Source: Macrostomum lignano (Eukaryota). From it: a stretch of DNA of 64,000 nt. Under the pieces are notes generated by a model that ran no database searches, was not told where the DNA came from, and saw only the letters and a program-made list of their open reading frames with translations. Within the stretch, counting starts at the first letter, position 1; each line of letters opens with the position of its first letter. The stretch lies in contig NIVC01000591.1 of assembly GCA_002269645.1 (NCBI GenBank), forward strand, positions 685,960-749,959, read 5' to 3'. Shown here piece by piece: positions 11,291 to 24,322 of this stretch. A program made the translations under genes and the position numbers.

Positions 11291-14200
11291 TCAGAACAGG
11301 CCGCAGTCCTTCAAATTGTTCTTGATGATGATGTCAATCACCGCGTCGAACACCACCTTGATGTTGTTGGTGTCGGTGGCGCAGGTGAAGTGCGTGTAAA
11401 TTGTCTTCGTGGCCTTGCGCTTGTTGAGATCTTCGAACTTCTGCCTGATGTACTGGCTGGCCTCGTCGTAGTTGTCGGAGCCCGAGTACTCCTCGAAGCA
11501 GACGGTGAGGGGGCTCTTCTTGATTTTCTCCTCAAACAGGTCGCGCTTGTTCAAAAATAAAATTATCGACGTGTTGACGAACCACTGCGAGTTGCAGATG
11601 GACTCGAACAGACGCATGGACTCGTGCATTCGATTCGTGCTCTGATCTTCCACCAGTTTCAAATCGTACTCGGACATGGCCACGAGGAACAGGATGGCCG
11701 TGACGCCTTCAAAGCAGTGCATCCACTTCTTGCGCTCGGAGCGCTGACCGCCTGTTGCAATTGAACGGCACACCTCATCGTTACGATAAAATGATTGAAA
11801 TTTAATCAGTTTGCATCGTGGAAAAGATTTACATACATAAAATCTGTGCAGTAGATAAGATTTCATTCAACTCTTAGCCATAACTCCTCACTCTCTCCTA
11901 ACCAGCCTAAGCTGGTTCATTGTGACCCGAATTGCATCGCTTGGAACATTTGAGACGCGGATCAGTGGTACATTAACTCTATGTACAAATTGCATCACGT
12001 GACTGCTTTACAACTTCTATTATATATGTAACATTCCCTATCTTTGCATTGGTGTAAATGTGTGCAATAATGGCTTAACTGCATTATGCTATGAAGTGAC
12101 GTTATCCAAAATTGATGTCATCTCTGAAATGAGGACTTCAATAAACTTCATAAGCCTACAATGACTCATAAAATTTCGTGCGGCTAATAAAATGATCACA
12201 TATCCCATATCTTAAAAAAGTACTCGGCGATACTAATTTTTAGGGCGTCTATATTTAGGTCTATTAAGACCTTAGAGCTGCAATGCTTAGAGTCCCATGA
12301 GACCTTATATGCTGCTAACAAGCAGGTAGACAGCCCCCCCCAGCCGGTGTCAGATCAGCTTTCTTACAACCGCCATCGCTAATTAACTGAGTCAGAGAAA
12401 AATCAGCCTCATCAGGTATGCTCATTAACGCGAGCGCGGACACCTGCTGCTGCGAATGACTTCCCGTCTACTACTCTCTTTTTGTCACTCCGAGGGCATC
12501 CGCTATTTTTTAGTAGCAAACCTCCTTCATCTGCCGAGAAGCTGGACCGCTCTATAAAGCATCTCCGATTTCATGCCAACAACAATTGCCAAGTCTGAGC
12601 CTTCTGGTTTTTTCTTTTTCACCTTTTATGGCCTTTACGAGCAACTCAACTTAGTGCAGGCTCAGCCTCCCAGATGACGCGCCCGAGCAAGAAAAGGAGC
12701 TCCATGGACAACTAGAGTAGAAGGGCGTTACACTCGGCTTTTGTGGAAATCGGGCTGGAGGTCAAATTTTGTCCATGAGGCGCTCGTGCAGGGTGAGGCG
12801 CCTTTGCAGCGGAGTAGAGCCTCCAGATCATTTCTAGGAAAATCAGCTGTCCATGAGCATGCATGTGGCGCCCACCCACGTGCGCTCTTCATCCTTCGTA
12901 AATAGTTGAATAATTAATAGCAGTAATTACTATATCTCATCGGCTCTGGAACATGGTCATGTCTCAAGCCTCTCCAAGCCAATGTTCTACAGTCACCTCG
13001 AGCATAGCTAAAGAGAAAAAAATTGACAGTGTAGCAGAAGTCACGCAATGCCGATCGCTTGAGCTGCGAGTTCCAGTCTTGCCTGGGATTGACAGCAAAA
13101 AATCCCCAACCCCCCCCCCGCCGCTCGACGGGAGATTAAATTTGTTCGACTGGCACGCACCGGGGATTCGGGTTGCCTCTTCTGCTCCTTTGAGGCATCG
13201 GGGCTAATTAAATTGCAGCGCTTTCTGCCCAAAATCCTCGACTCGGGACCTGCTAATTGCTAGTCATTGAAAGCGATTTAATCCCCAGGACCTGCAGACT
13301 CCGTGCGAAGAAGATTTGAGCACCTAAACGGGACCCCAAGGTGGCCCCAGGTGAGACAGTCAGTCAGCATTCGCTGCAATTGCTCAGAGCTACCCTGTCA
13401 CATCGTGGCTGCCTTGAGAAGGCCTCCTGCGTAATAACCACAACCAACTCTCATGAACTCTGCTGCTCAGGAGGGGGGGCCATAGCCCAGCGGTCTAGCG
13501 CTGGCTCTGGTGTGCCAGCAACCCAGGCTCGATTCCCAGTGCAGTCACATTAATTTGGGGCTGAATTGGAATCTCGGCTTGGCTCTGCTCGTGCAATTAA
13601 CGGCCTTGAGAGCCAACCCCCCAAGGCGCAGTGAAGTGTACATGCCTAACGATAATATAAAGTTAGGGCCGCTGTACACTCCTGTGTGAGTGTGTGCCTG
13701 CGTACGTATCCGCGCGCTTGTATGCCTGCTCAGGGGAGTCGGCGGAATGGGCAGTAATGCCTCTCGCCGGTTGTGTGCCTATGTCGCTTAAAGTGCGCCA
13801 GGGTTGCACACAACCCCCCTGCCTCTAATAAAACTCTGCTGCTCAGGAGTCTGCGCTGGTTGTGTGACGATGTCCCCAATGGCACTGTACCTGTCGGCTG
13901 CCCACAAGCATTTCATTCTATTTTTAGCAATTCACGTTTAGAAATCTTGAAATAAACCTTTCAGACAATTTCAACCTCTTTCCGAATTGTCGCAACTGGG
14001 TGTGGTTAAAGAAATTGTCTAAGATGCTGCTAAAATTTTTGCCATTTGATTGACTGCTCACATATCGAGTGCTGCTAACAAGTGTTGCAGCACATCAATT
14101 GACACAGGAAAGCAGCACTTCTTCAAGCCTAGAGTGTGATCTCCATGGCAGCGTGCAGGTGCGAACCCTGTGGGACCCATCTGTGATCCTTCTTCAACGT

Positions 14201-17200
14201 GATGGGTGTCTGTTTCCGGCAATGATCCGAGAGGAGCCTGCAGGTAAGAATTTGATACGCCAGAAGGGAGATGAATGATCGTGATGATGATGATGATGGC
14301 TGGGGATGGGAGACAGACTCCCGGTCCCCGGATCTTGCCGAGGGTTGTTTTTCTAGGAAAGGGAGAGAGTTGGGAAAAGGGATGGGCAGAGCTCCCGGTC
14401 CGGGGCTGTTCACGAAAAGCAAACACAAGGACAGGCCATCGGGCATCAACCCCACCCAGCTAGCTTTCGGAGTTCATGCGATGTCGACATTCACGATTTA
14501 GATCAATCTGTAGATGATGAGATGACAGAATTAGAGGCTGCAGAAAATGTTTCATTTTTCCCCGACAATTCAGGAAATTTTATACTCCTGTCGCCTGAGA
14601 TTGCGGTGTGCGATTACAGGAATGCAGAAATATAGAGTACTCTGTGTACTTTGCTCACGTTCTTGTTCGCATCGATTCTTAGAATTAAGCACTTAATTGT
14701 CATGAGACTCGCTGGCGTGAGAATCGGTGGCATGAGAATCGGTGGCATGAGAATCGGTGATTGCATGAGAATCGGTGATTGCATGAGAATCGGTGGCATG
14801 AGAATCGGTGATTGCATGAGAATCGGTGATTGCATGAGAATCGGTGATTGCATGAGAATCGGTGATTGCATGAGAATCGGTGATTGCATGAGAATCGGTG
14901 ATTGCATGAGAATCGGTGATTGCATGAGAATCGGTGATTGCATGAGAATCGGTGATTGTATGAGAATCGGTGATTGTATGAGAATCGGTGATTGCATGAG
15001 AATCGGTGATTGCATGAGAATCGGTGATTGTATGAGAATCGGTGATTGTATGAGAATCGGTGATTGCATGAGAATCGGTGGCATGAGAATCGGTGGCATG
15101 AGAATCGGTGGCATGAGAATCGGTACATGCATGAGAATCGGTGCATGCATGAAAATCGGTACATGCATGAGAATCGGTGGCATGAGAATCGGTGGCATGA
15201 GAATCGGTGGCATGAGAATCGGTGGCATGAGAATCGGTGGCATGAGAATCGGTGGCATGAGAATCGGTGGCATGAGAATCGGTGGCATGAGAATCGGTGC
15301 ATGCATGAAAATCGGTGCATGCATGAAAATCGGTACATGCATGAGAATCGGAGGCATGAGAATCGGAGACATGAGAATCGGAGGCATGAGAATCGGAGGC
15401 ATGAGAATCGGAGGCATGAGAATCGGAGGCATGAGAATCGGAGGCATGAGAATCGGAGGCATGAGAATCAGAGGCATGAGAATCGGAGGCATGAGAATCG
15501 GAGGCATGAGAATCGGTGGCATGAGAATCGGTGGCATGAGAATCGGTGGCATGAGAATCGGAGGCATGAGAATCGGAGGCATGAGAATCGGTGGCATGAG
15601 AATCGGTGGCATGAGAATCGGTGATTGCATGAGAATCGGTGGCATGAGAATCGGTGGCATGAGAATCGGTGGCATGAGAATCGGTGGCATGAGAATCGGT
15701 GGCATGAGAATCGGTGGCATGAGAATCGGTGGCATGAGAATCGGTGGCATGAGAATCGGTGGCATGAGAATCGGTGGCATGAGAATCGGTGATTGCATGA
15801 GAATCGGTGATTGCATGAGAATCGGTGATTGCATGAGAATCGGTGATTGCATGAGAATCGGTGATTGCATGAGAATCGGTGATTGCATGAGAATCGGTGA
15901 TTGCATGAGAATCGGTGATTGCATGAGAATCGGTGATTGCATGAGAATCGGTGGCATGAGAATCGGTGATTGCATGAGAATCGGTGGCATGAGAATCGGT
16001 GGCATGAGAATCGGTGGCATGAGAATCGGTGGCATGAGAATCGGTGGCATGAGAATCGGTGGCATGAGAATCGGTGGCATGAGAATCGGTGGCATGAGAA
16101 TCAGTGGCATGAGAATCGGTGGCACGAGAATCGGTGGCATGAGAATCGGTGGCATGAGAATCGGTGGCATGAAAATCGGTGGCATGAGAATCGGTGGCAT
16201 GAGAATCGGTGGCATGAGAATCGGTGGCATGAGAATCGGTGGCATGAGAATCGGTGGCATGAGAATCGGTGGCATGAGAATCGGTGGCATGAGAATCGGT
16301 GGCATGAGAATCGGTGGCATGAGAATCGGTGGCATGAGAATCGGTGGCATGAGAATCGGTACATGCATGAGAATCGGTGGCATGAGAATCGGTGGCATGA
16401 GAATCGGTGGCATGAGAATCGGTGGCATGAGAATCGGTACATGCATGAGAATCGGTGGCATGAGAATCGGTGGCATGAGAATCGGTGGCATGAGAATCGG
16501 TGGCATGAGAATCGGTACATGCATGAGAATCGGTGGCATGAGAATCGGTGGCATGAGAATCGGTGGCATGAGAATCGGTGGCATGAGAATCGGTGGCATG
16601 AGAATCGGTGGCATGAGAATCGGTGGCATGAGAATCGGTGGCATGAGAATCGGTGGCATGAGAATCGGTGGCATGAGAATCGGTGGCATGAGAATCGGTG
16701 GCATGAGAATCGGTGGCATGAGAATCGGTGGCATGAGAATCGGTGGCATGAGAATCGGTGGCATGAGAATCGGTGGCATGAGAATCGGTGGCATGAGAAT
16801 CGGTGGCATGAGAATCGGTGGCATGAGAATCGGTGGCATGAGAATCGGTGGCATGAGAATCGGTGCATGCATGAAAATCGGTACATGCATGAGAATCGGA
16901 GGCATGAGAATCGGAGACATGAGAATCGGAGGCATGAGAATCGGAGGCATGAGAATCGGAGGCATGAGAATCGGAGGCATGAGAATCAGAGGCATGAGAA
17001 TCGGAGGCATGAGAATCGGAGGCATGAGAATCGGAGGCATGAGAATCAGAGGCATGAGAATCGGAGGCATGAGAATCGGAGGCATGAGAATCGGAGGCAT
17101 GAGAATCGGAGGCATGAGAATCGGAGGCATGAGAATCGGTGGCATGAGAATCGGAGGCATGAGAATCGGAGGCATGAGAATCGGAGGCATGAGAATCGGT

Positions 17201-18665
17201 GGCATGAGAATCGGAGGCATGAGAATCGGAGGCATGAGAATCGGAGGCATGAGAATCGGTGGCATGAGAATCGGAGGCATGAGAATCGGAGGCATGAGAA
17301 TGGAATTTAAAGGAAATATTCAGTTGTTGCTGGCAACATTCCCAAAACTGTAACAATAAAAATGCTGCATATTTCTAACTGAAATTTTTAATTACCAAAT
17401 TAATCAATCGAATTAGTATTCAATTACAGATCTTTTAACACAAACGGAACCAAAAAGTGTCATTGTCGGATAGAAGTGCTCCTAATCAATTTCTTTTCCC
17501 AGCGTTGGTTTAGAATTCAGAGTGCAATTTTGCATGGAATATGGGAGACAAACGATCGGCCATGGCAACTCTATTGACACTGAGCAGCTTCTCCTCATGC
17601 CCTGTTGCCATGCAGTGCACATCTGCATCAACCGTATTTGCACACTCATCCATTTGTGCACTCTTGACACGAAGGCGCCACTGCATGCTTCCTCCTGTGG
17701 TCACCGAGATTCTTTGCTTCTTTGTAAAGCTTGGAGATTCTGACATCCTGATTTTGGAGATTCTGACATCCTGATTTTGGAGATTCTGACATCCTGATTT
17801 AGGAGATTCTGACATCCTGATTTGGGAGATTCTGACATCCTGATTTGGGAGATTCTGACATCCTGATTTTGGATATTCTGACATCCTGATTTGGGAGATT
17901 CTGAAATCTTGAATTGGGAGATTCTGTGATACATTTTGTTACTCCAATTGCCACCCTCAAGAATCCAAAGCACCCTAGCTGACTTCCCCAGCTGGCACCT
18001 GCAGACATTCAGACAGATGCCGATATGAGAATAATTTATAATTTCGTCAATTTTCACTCACCAACGTCAAACACTTTGAAGTCGAGATCCTTGAAGTGGA
18101 AATGCGTCTCCACGATGCCGGTGGTCTTCACTCGGCTGCGCAGGACGTCCTGCTCGGTCGGCAGGTAACCCGGCGCGGACAGCCGGTCCAAGGAGTCCAG
18201 GTAATAACCCGCCGAGTCATTCAGCTGGTACTCCTTGGCCCGGGCGAAGCAGTCCTTGATAGCCTGGTCGGCCCACAGACGCTTCAGCGAGTCCACCAGC
18301 TCATCGGGGAACTCGCCCTCCTCGGCTGTCTTCATGTAGCCGCTCACGATTTTGGCGTCGGCCTTGGCCTGATCGCCAGCCTCGATGCCGAGGGTCTCCA
18401 GAGCCTGGATGATGGTGTACATGCTCTGCACTGTGTTGGCGAAGATGATCGCCACGTACTCCTTGCGCTCCTCTTCCGTGTAGCCTTTGCCGTGAATGAT
18501 GGTCATCTGCTTCAGGATTGTGCTTTTGCCGCACTCGCCAGCTCCGAGCAGGAGCAGCTTCACCTCCTTCATCGCCTTCTCGGCGTCCGCTCTGAGCTGC
18601 TTCTCAATCTGACGGTTCTTACTGTCCTGATCCTTGTCCACAGGGGCACTGTTGGCGCAACCCAT
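11291..18665 (-). CDS. GNAI: Heterotrimeric G protein alpha subunit, Gi class, 354 aa; exons 18665-18062 and 11751-11291
   Basis: MGC N-terminus (myristoylation/palmitoylation), [28 protein letters not shown]|[19 protein letters not shown], and C-terminal [10 protein letters not shown] with Cys at -4. 604+461 nt = 355 codons; phase-1 GTGAGT...CAG intron. Confidence 0.97.
13474..13831 (+). mobile_element. tRNA-derived SINE (~358 bp) in the G-alpha intron
   Basis: A box TAGCCCAGCGG (13483-13493) and B box GGCTCGATTCC (13526-13536). Flanked by a perfect 18-bp direct repeat AACTCTGCTGCTCAGGAG at 13456-13473 and 13832-13849. Confidence 0.85.
14700..17300. repeat. 2.6-kb minisatellite, 15-bp unit ATGAGAATCGG(T/A)GGC with 18-bp variants
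   Basis: Direct reading; it lies in the G-alpha intron. Confidence 0.98.
17736..17905. repeat. 23-bp minisatellite TCTGACATCCTGATTTGGGAGAT
   Basis: About 7 tandem copies. Confidence 0.9.
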
Positions 18666-19599
18666 GACGTGATTTTGAGTCTTTGTTCAGCTTTGGCTAA
18701 CCGTGGGACGTCTTTTCCTTCTGCCTCGTGGGAGCGACGCAGCGGGGATTAAAGCTGGATCCAGGTGGGTGGGTGGTTGTTTGTCGCGGGAATCGCGAGT
18801 CAGCTCGGGGGTTGGCAGAAATAGAAGTTTTCGCGTAGTCCCTCCTCAATTTACATAGCAGAAGCTCTGCCCACCTGCCCACCACCCCGGGATTCGCTAC
18901 AGCATCCCGTATCCACCTGCCGTCAAACCCGTCTCCCTTCCTATCCAGCGGCCCAAGGCCCAGGATCACCCAGACTCTCATCCTCTGTCTTCCCCGTCCA
19001 TCCCCATCCAGCCTCACAGCGAGCTCATCACGCAGCCCAGCCCAGGACAGACTCAATGCTCGCCGGGCGCTCATTGGACTCAGGCTTCGAGGCGCTGAGG
19101 ATGCTAAGAGGAAGTGAAGACAGTCAGGTAGCAGAACTCTCCTGCTCGCTGCTGGAGCTGCAGGTAGCGGAGATGCACGGGGTTGGAGGGGGGAGGCAAG
19201 ACTGCATGCAGCAACGGCAGGATTCCGGCAAGGAAGAAGGAATGAGAGAGCTGAGAGAGCGCGTGCTCAAGTCACGTCTCGCGCATTCAAACCAAAAAGG
19301 TCATCACCGATAGCTCTGCCCTCTTCGTTCCGGATCTTCGTTGCTTTTCCAGCGCCCTTGGGACAATTTTGTGACATTGTTAACTGTTGAGTCCCAACCC
19401 CCCTTGCAGTCCCGCCCCTCCACCCAAGTCAATCAGCTTCCTTCTCAATATTGCATTCCCCATTCCTGCCTGGCTAAAACATTCCCCTCAATCGGTGCGA
19501 TGGCCAGAGCCCCTTCCACACTCGATTGTTCGTCAGCTGCTTCGACCACGCTTTGACTCTTGACGACAGGGTGGAGCTGGGACGAGATTTGTTGAGAAT

Positions 19600-20000
19600 A
19601 ATATGTAGTGAGACGAGGGACTCACTAGTCTGAGCTACAGGGGGGGGGGGTTCTGAGGGAGGGTGGGCGCGGCGCCGGTTGTCATGGCGACCCAATCCTC
19701 AACAGGGGTAAATAGGGCGATCACGGGCTAGAAGAGATGGGAGAGAGAGGGGGGAGGCGAGGCCCGGGGCGGGTACGAAGTGAGTTTAAAGACTCAGACT
19801 GACGAGAGCGGAGAGCAAACGCTGAGGCGGGTGCAGGTGAGGGGTGTGGGAACCAGTCAGGCCGCAGAATCTCCTGGATCAGGTGAACGGCGAGGCAGAA
19901 AGGCGCAGCCGAGCCAAAAAAGGGCGGGCGGGGCGCCGAGGAGGGGATGAAGATTGGGCGAGGCGGAGCTGAAGAAGATGGACTAAAAGCGGGGCAGGGA
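19600..20000 (-). promoter_or_regulatory. Probable GC-rich promoter/5' leader region of the G-alpha gene
   Basis: CpG-rich with GGGCGG boxes and G-runs, about 1-1.3 kb upstream of the ATG at 18665. The TSS is not determinable from sequence. Confidence 0.35.
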
Positions 20001-20296
20001 TGGGGGGGCAGTTCGGAGACTGCGCGAGTTGCTCGGCTTCCCCAATCTGCAACTCAGCAGCCAACTCAGCTTCATCAGCCGTTCAATCTCCGGCAAGCAT
20101 CTATAGCTCCAAGCAAATTCCTCTTGTCCGCCTCGGTATTAATAATAAAGATAAATTCACACAAAATCTTCAAGTCTCCGAGCAGATTTTGCATGTCGCT
20201 TAGGCTTATCGCAATTCTTTAGCATAGTCTTCTTTATCGGTAGACCCGTAGAGCAACCCGCCGGGCATTGGCGAGATTCAGTTTTTTAGCACTAGA

Positions 20297-20570
20297 GGGG
20301 ATTGCAGCCTGGTGGTTAGAGCGGCGGACTCCCGACTTGAAGGTCGGAGGCTCGATTCTCGACCCACTGATCGGAACAATTTGTGTCCTTTGAGCAAGAC
20401 ATTTGACTGTACATTACTACAGTTTACTCGGTTGTAAAATGTAAAATGCCAGCATCAGCTGGGGTAATTGAGGGGTAACTCAGTCCTTGGACTGAACAGC
20501 CGTACGCAGCCTTCAGATGCGCCGTGCAATAGCGACTAAATTGAACTCTGAGTCAACTAAAATCAAATTT
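20297..20570 (+). mobile_element. tRNA-derived SINE with a CORE-like central block; 3' end approximate
   Basis: A-box-like GCAGCCTGGTGG and B box GGCTCGATTCTC (20349-20360), then TGTGTCCTTTGAGCAAGACATTT...CTCGGTTGTAAAATG, which resembles the MIR/CORE consensus TGTGACCTTGGGCAAGTCACTT...CTCATCTGTAAAATG. No TSD found. Confidence 0.6.
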
Positions 20571-20939
20571 CTGGCTGCGGGACGATGTACACAGTGTACC
20601 TACTACGAGTATTAAAGATACACTCTTATTTTAGACACAGTTCGCTCGATGTTATGACCTGAATTGAGTCAGAATGCACATATGCGCTGAATGTTTATGC
20701 AGTTTCATTCCACACCAAAAACATCGAAAAACATCGGCCAAACCAAACGAATGCCCGATTTCTTATTATCACCAAACCCCAACCCCGTAAAACGCACAGA
20801 TAAGCGCGAACACCAGCTGCTGCCTTTCCACTCGGCGCGCTCAACGGAGGTGGCGATGGCAGGTGCGGAGTGGCAGTTGGAAAACATGCAGTTTATTGAG
20901 AGCCTACTTGGACTGGGGCCTAGCGACCTGTGAGGACAC

Positions 20940-23364
20940 AATTGAACTGACACTACTGAGCTGACACAATTGAACTGACACAATTGAACTGACACTGTTT
21001 AATTGACACAATTGAAATGACACTATCGAACTGATACTACTATCAACTAACACTATTGAACTGACACTATTGAACTGACACTATTGAACTGACACTATTG
21101 AACTGACACTATTGAACTGACACTATTGAACTGACACTATTTAATTGACACTATTGAACTGATACTATTGAACTGACACTATTGAACTGACACTATTGAA
21201 CTGACACTATTGAACTGACACTATTGAACTGACACTATTGAACTGACACTATTGAACTGACACTATTGAACTGACACTATTTAATTGACACTATTGAACT
21301 GATACTATTGAACTGACACTATTGAACTGACACTATTGAACTGATACTACTATCAACTGACACTATTGAACTGACACTATTGAACTGACACTATTGAACT
21401 GACACTATTGAACTGACACTATTGAACTGACACTATTTAATTGACACTATTGAACTGACACTATTGAACTGACACTATTGAACTGACACTATTGAACTGA
21501 TACTACTATCAACTGACACTATTGAACTGACACTATTGAACTGATACTATCGAACTGACACTATTTAATTGACACTATTGAACTGATACTATTGAACTGA
21601 CACTATTGAACTGACACTATTGAACTGATACTATTTAATTGACACTATCGAACTGACACTATTTAATTGACACTATTGAACTGACACTATTGAACTGACA
21701 CTATTGAACTGACACTATTGAACTGACACTATTGAACTGACACTATTGAACTGACACTATTGAACTGACACTATTGAACTGACACTATTGAACTGATACT
21801 ATCGAACTGACACTATTTAATTGACACTATTGAACTGATACTATCGAACTGACACTATTGAACTGATACTATCGAACTGACACTATTTAATTGACACTAT
21901 TGAACTGACACTATTGAACTGACACTATTGAACTGATACTATTTAATTGACACTATCGAACTGACACTATTTAATTGACACTATTGAACTGACACTATTG
22001 AACTGACACTATTGAACTGACACTATTGAACTGATACTATCGAACTGACACTATTTAATTGACACTATTGAACTGACACTATTGAACTGACACTATTGAA
22101 CTGACACTATTGAACTGATACTATTGAACTGACACTATTGAACTGACACTATTGAACTGACACTATTGAACTGACACTATTGAACTGATACTATTGAACT
22201 GACACTATTGAACTGATACTATCGAACTGACACTATTTAATTGACACTATTGAACTGACACTATTGAACTGACACTACTATCAACTGACACTATTGAACT
22301 GACACTATTGAACTGACACTACTATCAACTGACACTATTGAACTGACACTATTGAACTGACACTATTGAACTGATACTATTGAACTGACACTATTGAACT
22401 GACACTATTGAACTGACACTATTGAGCTGACACTATTGAACTGACACTACTATCAACTGACACTATTGAACTGACACTATTGAACTGACACTACTATCAA
22501 CTGACACTATTGAACTGACACTATTGAACTGACACTATTGAACTGATACTATTGAACTGACACTATTGAACTGACACTATTGAACTGACACTATTGAGCT
22601 GACACTATTGAACTGACACTACTATCAACTGACACTATTGAACTGACACTATTGAACTGACACTATTGAACTGACACTATTGAACTGACACTATTGAACT
22701 GATACTATCGAACTGACACTATTGAACTGACACTATTGAACTGACACTATTGAACTGACACTATTGAACTGACACTATTGAACTGATACTATCGAACTGA
22801 CACTATTTAATTGACACTATCGAACTGACACTATTGAACTGACACTATTGAACTGACACTACTATCAACTGACACTATTGAACTGACACTATTGAACTGA
22901 CACTACTATCAACTGACACTATTGAACTGACACTATTGAACTGACACTACTATCAACTGACACTATTGAACTGACACTATTGAACTGACACTACTATCAA
23001 CTGACACTATTGAACTGACACTATTGAACTGACACTATTGAACTGACACTACTATCAACTGACACTATTGAACTGACACTATTGAACTGACACTACTATC
23101 AACTGACACTATTGAACTGACACTATTGAACTGACACTATTGAACTGACACTATTGAACTGACACTACTATCAACTGACACTATTGAACTGACACTATTG
23201 AACTGACACTACTATCAACTGACACTATTGAACTGACACTATTGAACTGACACTATTGAACTGACACTATTCGACTGAAACTATTTGACTGTCACTATTT
23301 GACTGAAACTATTGAACTGACACAATTGAACTCGCACTTATTGAACTGACACTATTGAACTGAC
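20940..23364. repeat. 14-bp satellite ACTGACACTATTGA, left part
   Basis: Direct reading; interrupted by the LTR element. Confidence 0.98.
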
Positions 23365-23565
23365 TGTGGCGGTCACGCCACACGCGCGTACGCGCTCCAG
23401 CAGCCACCCCAACCCCGGCCGGGGAGGCCGGCGCTAGGTGCACGGTCGCTGTGCGTTGATTGGCTGCCCAGTGTACACCGCTGGCCTATATAACTTTAGA
23501 CTTTTGTCTCGCGCGCCTCCACCCTGCTACTTCCAAATAAACTTTACGTGGCTCAACTCGCCACA
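23365..23565 (+). repeat. 5' LTR of element 1
   Basis: TGTGGCGG...CTCGCCACA, with TATATAA and AATAAA inside. Confidence 0.97.
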
Positions 23566-23612
23566 TTGGTGAGCCCGACTCTCAACCGCCTGTTTGAGAA
23601 TAACTCCTCAGT

Positions 23613-24305
23613 ATGTCAACTGAGTCTGCGGTAGCCCTCAAGCTGCCCACGTTCTGGGCCAGCCAGCCTCGCGCCTGGTTCATCCAGGCAGAGGCGCAAT
23701 TCGTCCTCCGCAACATCACGCAAGACGCTACCAAGTACTTTCACCTCGTAGCCGCGCTGGACCAGCAGTCAGCCGAGCGCCTGCTGGACGTGCTTGAGAC
23801 ACCGCCGGCTGAGAACAAGTACGATGCTCTCAAGGCCCGCCTCCTCGGCACATTCGGCCTGACGCAGCAACAGCGTGCCAGCCGGCTGCTCAACCTGGCC
23901 GGCCTCGGTGACCGCCGCCCGTCCGAGCTCATGGACGAGATGCTGGCCCTGCTCGGCAACCACCGGCCCTGCATGCTCTTCGAGGAGCTTTTCCGCCAGC
24001 AGATGCCGGCCGACATTCGCATGGCACTCGTCTCCGCGGATTTCGCTGACCCGCGCGCAGTTGCGCGACTCGCGGATGAACTCTGGGCGAGCCGGGCACA
24101 GCCCGTGGCCACCGCCACCCTGCCGCCAGAGCACCCGCCGGTAGTTGCTGCCACCGCCCGCCCAGCTCGCGCCAAGCCGCAGCAGCACCAGCCGAGGGAG
24201 GCCGACGGCCTCATCTGTTTCTTCCACCGGAAGTTCGGCGCCAAGGCCCGGCGTTGCGAGCCGCCCTGCCAGTTCTCGGGAAACGGGCCGGCCGGCCGTC
24301 AGTGA
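23613..24305 (+). CDS. gag: Gag of element 1 (230 aa)
   Basis: [18 protein letters not shown]-terminus and the [18 protein letters not shown] knuckle. Confidence 0.92.
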   Translation: MSTESAVALKLPTFWASQPRAWFIQAEAQFVLRNITQDATKYFHLVAALDQQSAERLLDVLETPPAENKYDALKARLLGTFGLTQQQRASRLLNLAGLGDRRPSELMDEMLALLGNHRPCMLFEELFRQQMPADIRMALVSADFADPRAVARLADELWASRAQPVATATLPPEHPPVVAATARPARAKPQQHQPREADGLICFFHRKFGAKARRCEPPCQFSGNGPAGRQ

Positions 24306-24322
24306 ACGCTTCGACGGCCGGC
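24278..24322 (+). promoter_or_regulatory. -1 programmed ribosomal frameshift signal (gag to pol)
   Basis: G_GGA_AAC in the gag frame (24278-24284), a 6-nt spacer, then a perfect 10-bp stem GCCGGCCGTC/GACGGCCGGC. Pol is in the -1 frame. Confidence 0.85.

Noticed and set aside
12600-12900. Possible LINE reverse-transcriptase relic
   Set aside because: Only weak, frameshifted resemblance, with no YADD-like motif found.
13474-13545. tRNA gene (also 20297-20370)
   Set aside because: A and B boxes are present, but no full cloverleaf could be built. The first lies within a TSD-flanked element and the second precedes a CORE-like block, so both are SINE heads.
14614-17356. ~890-aa ORFs (MRIGG, PPILM and DSHA repeats) as real genes
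   Set aside because: They arise from a 15/18-bp intronic minisatellite open on both strands, with no non-repetitive coding context.
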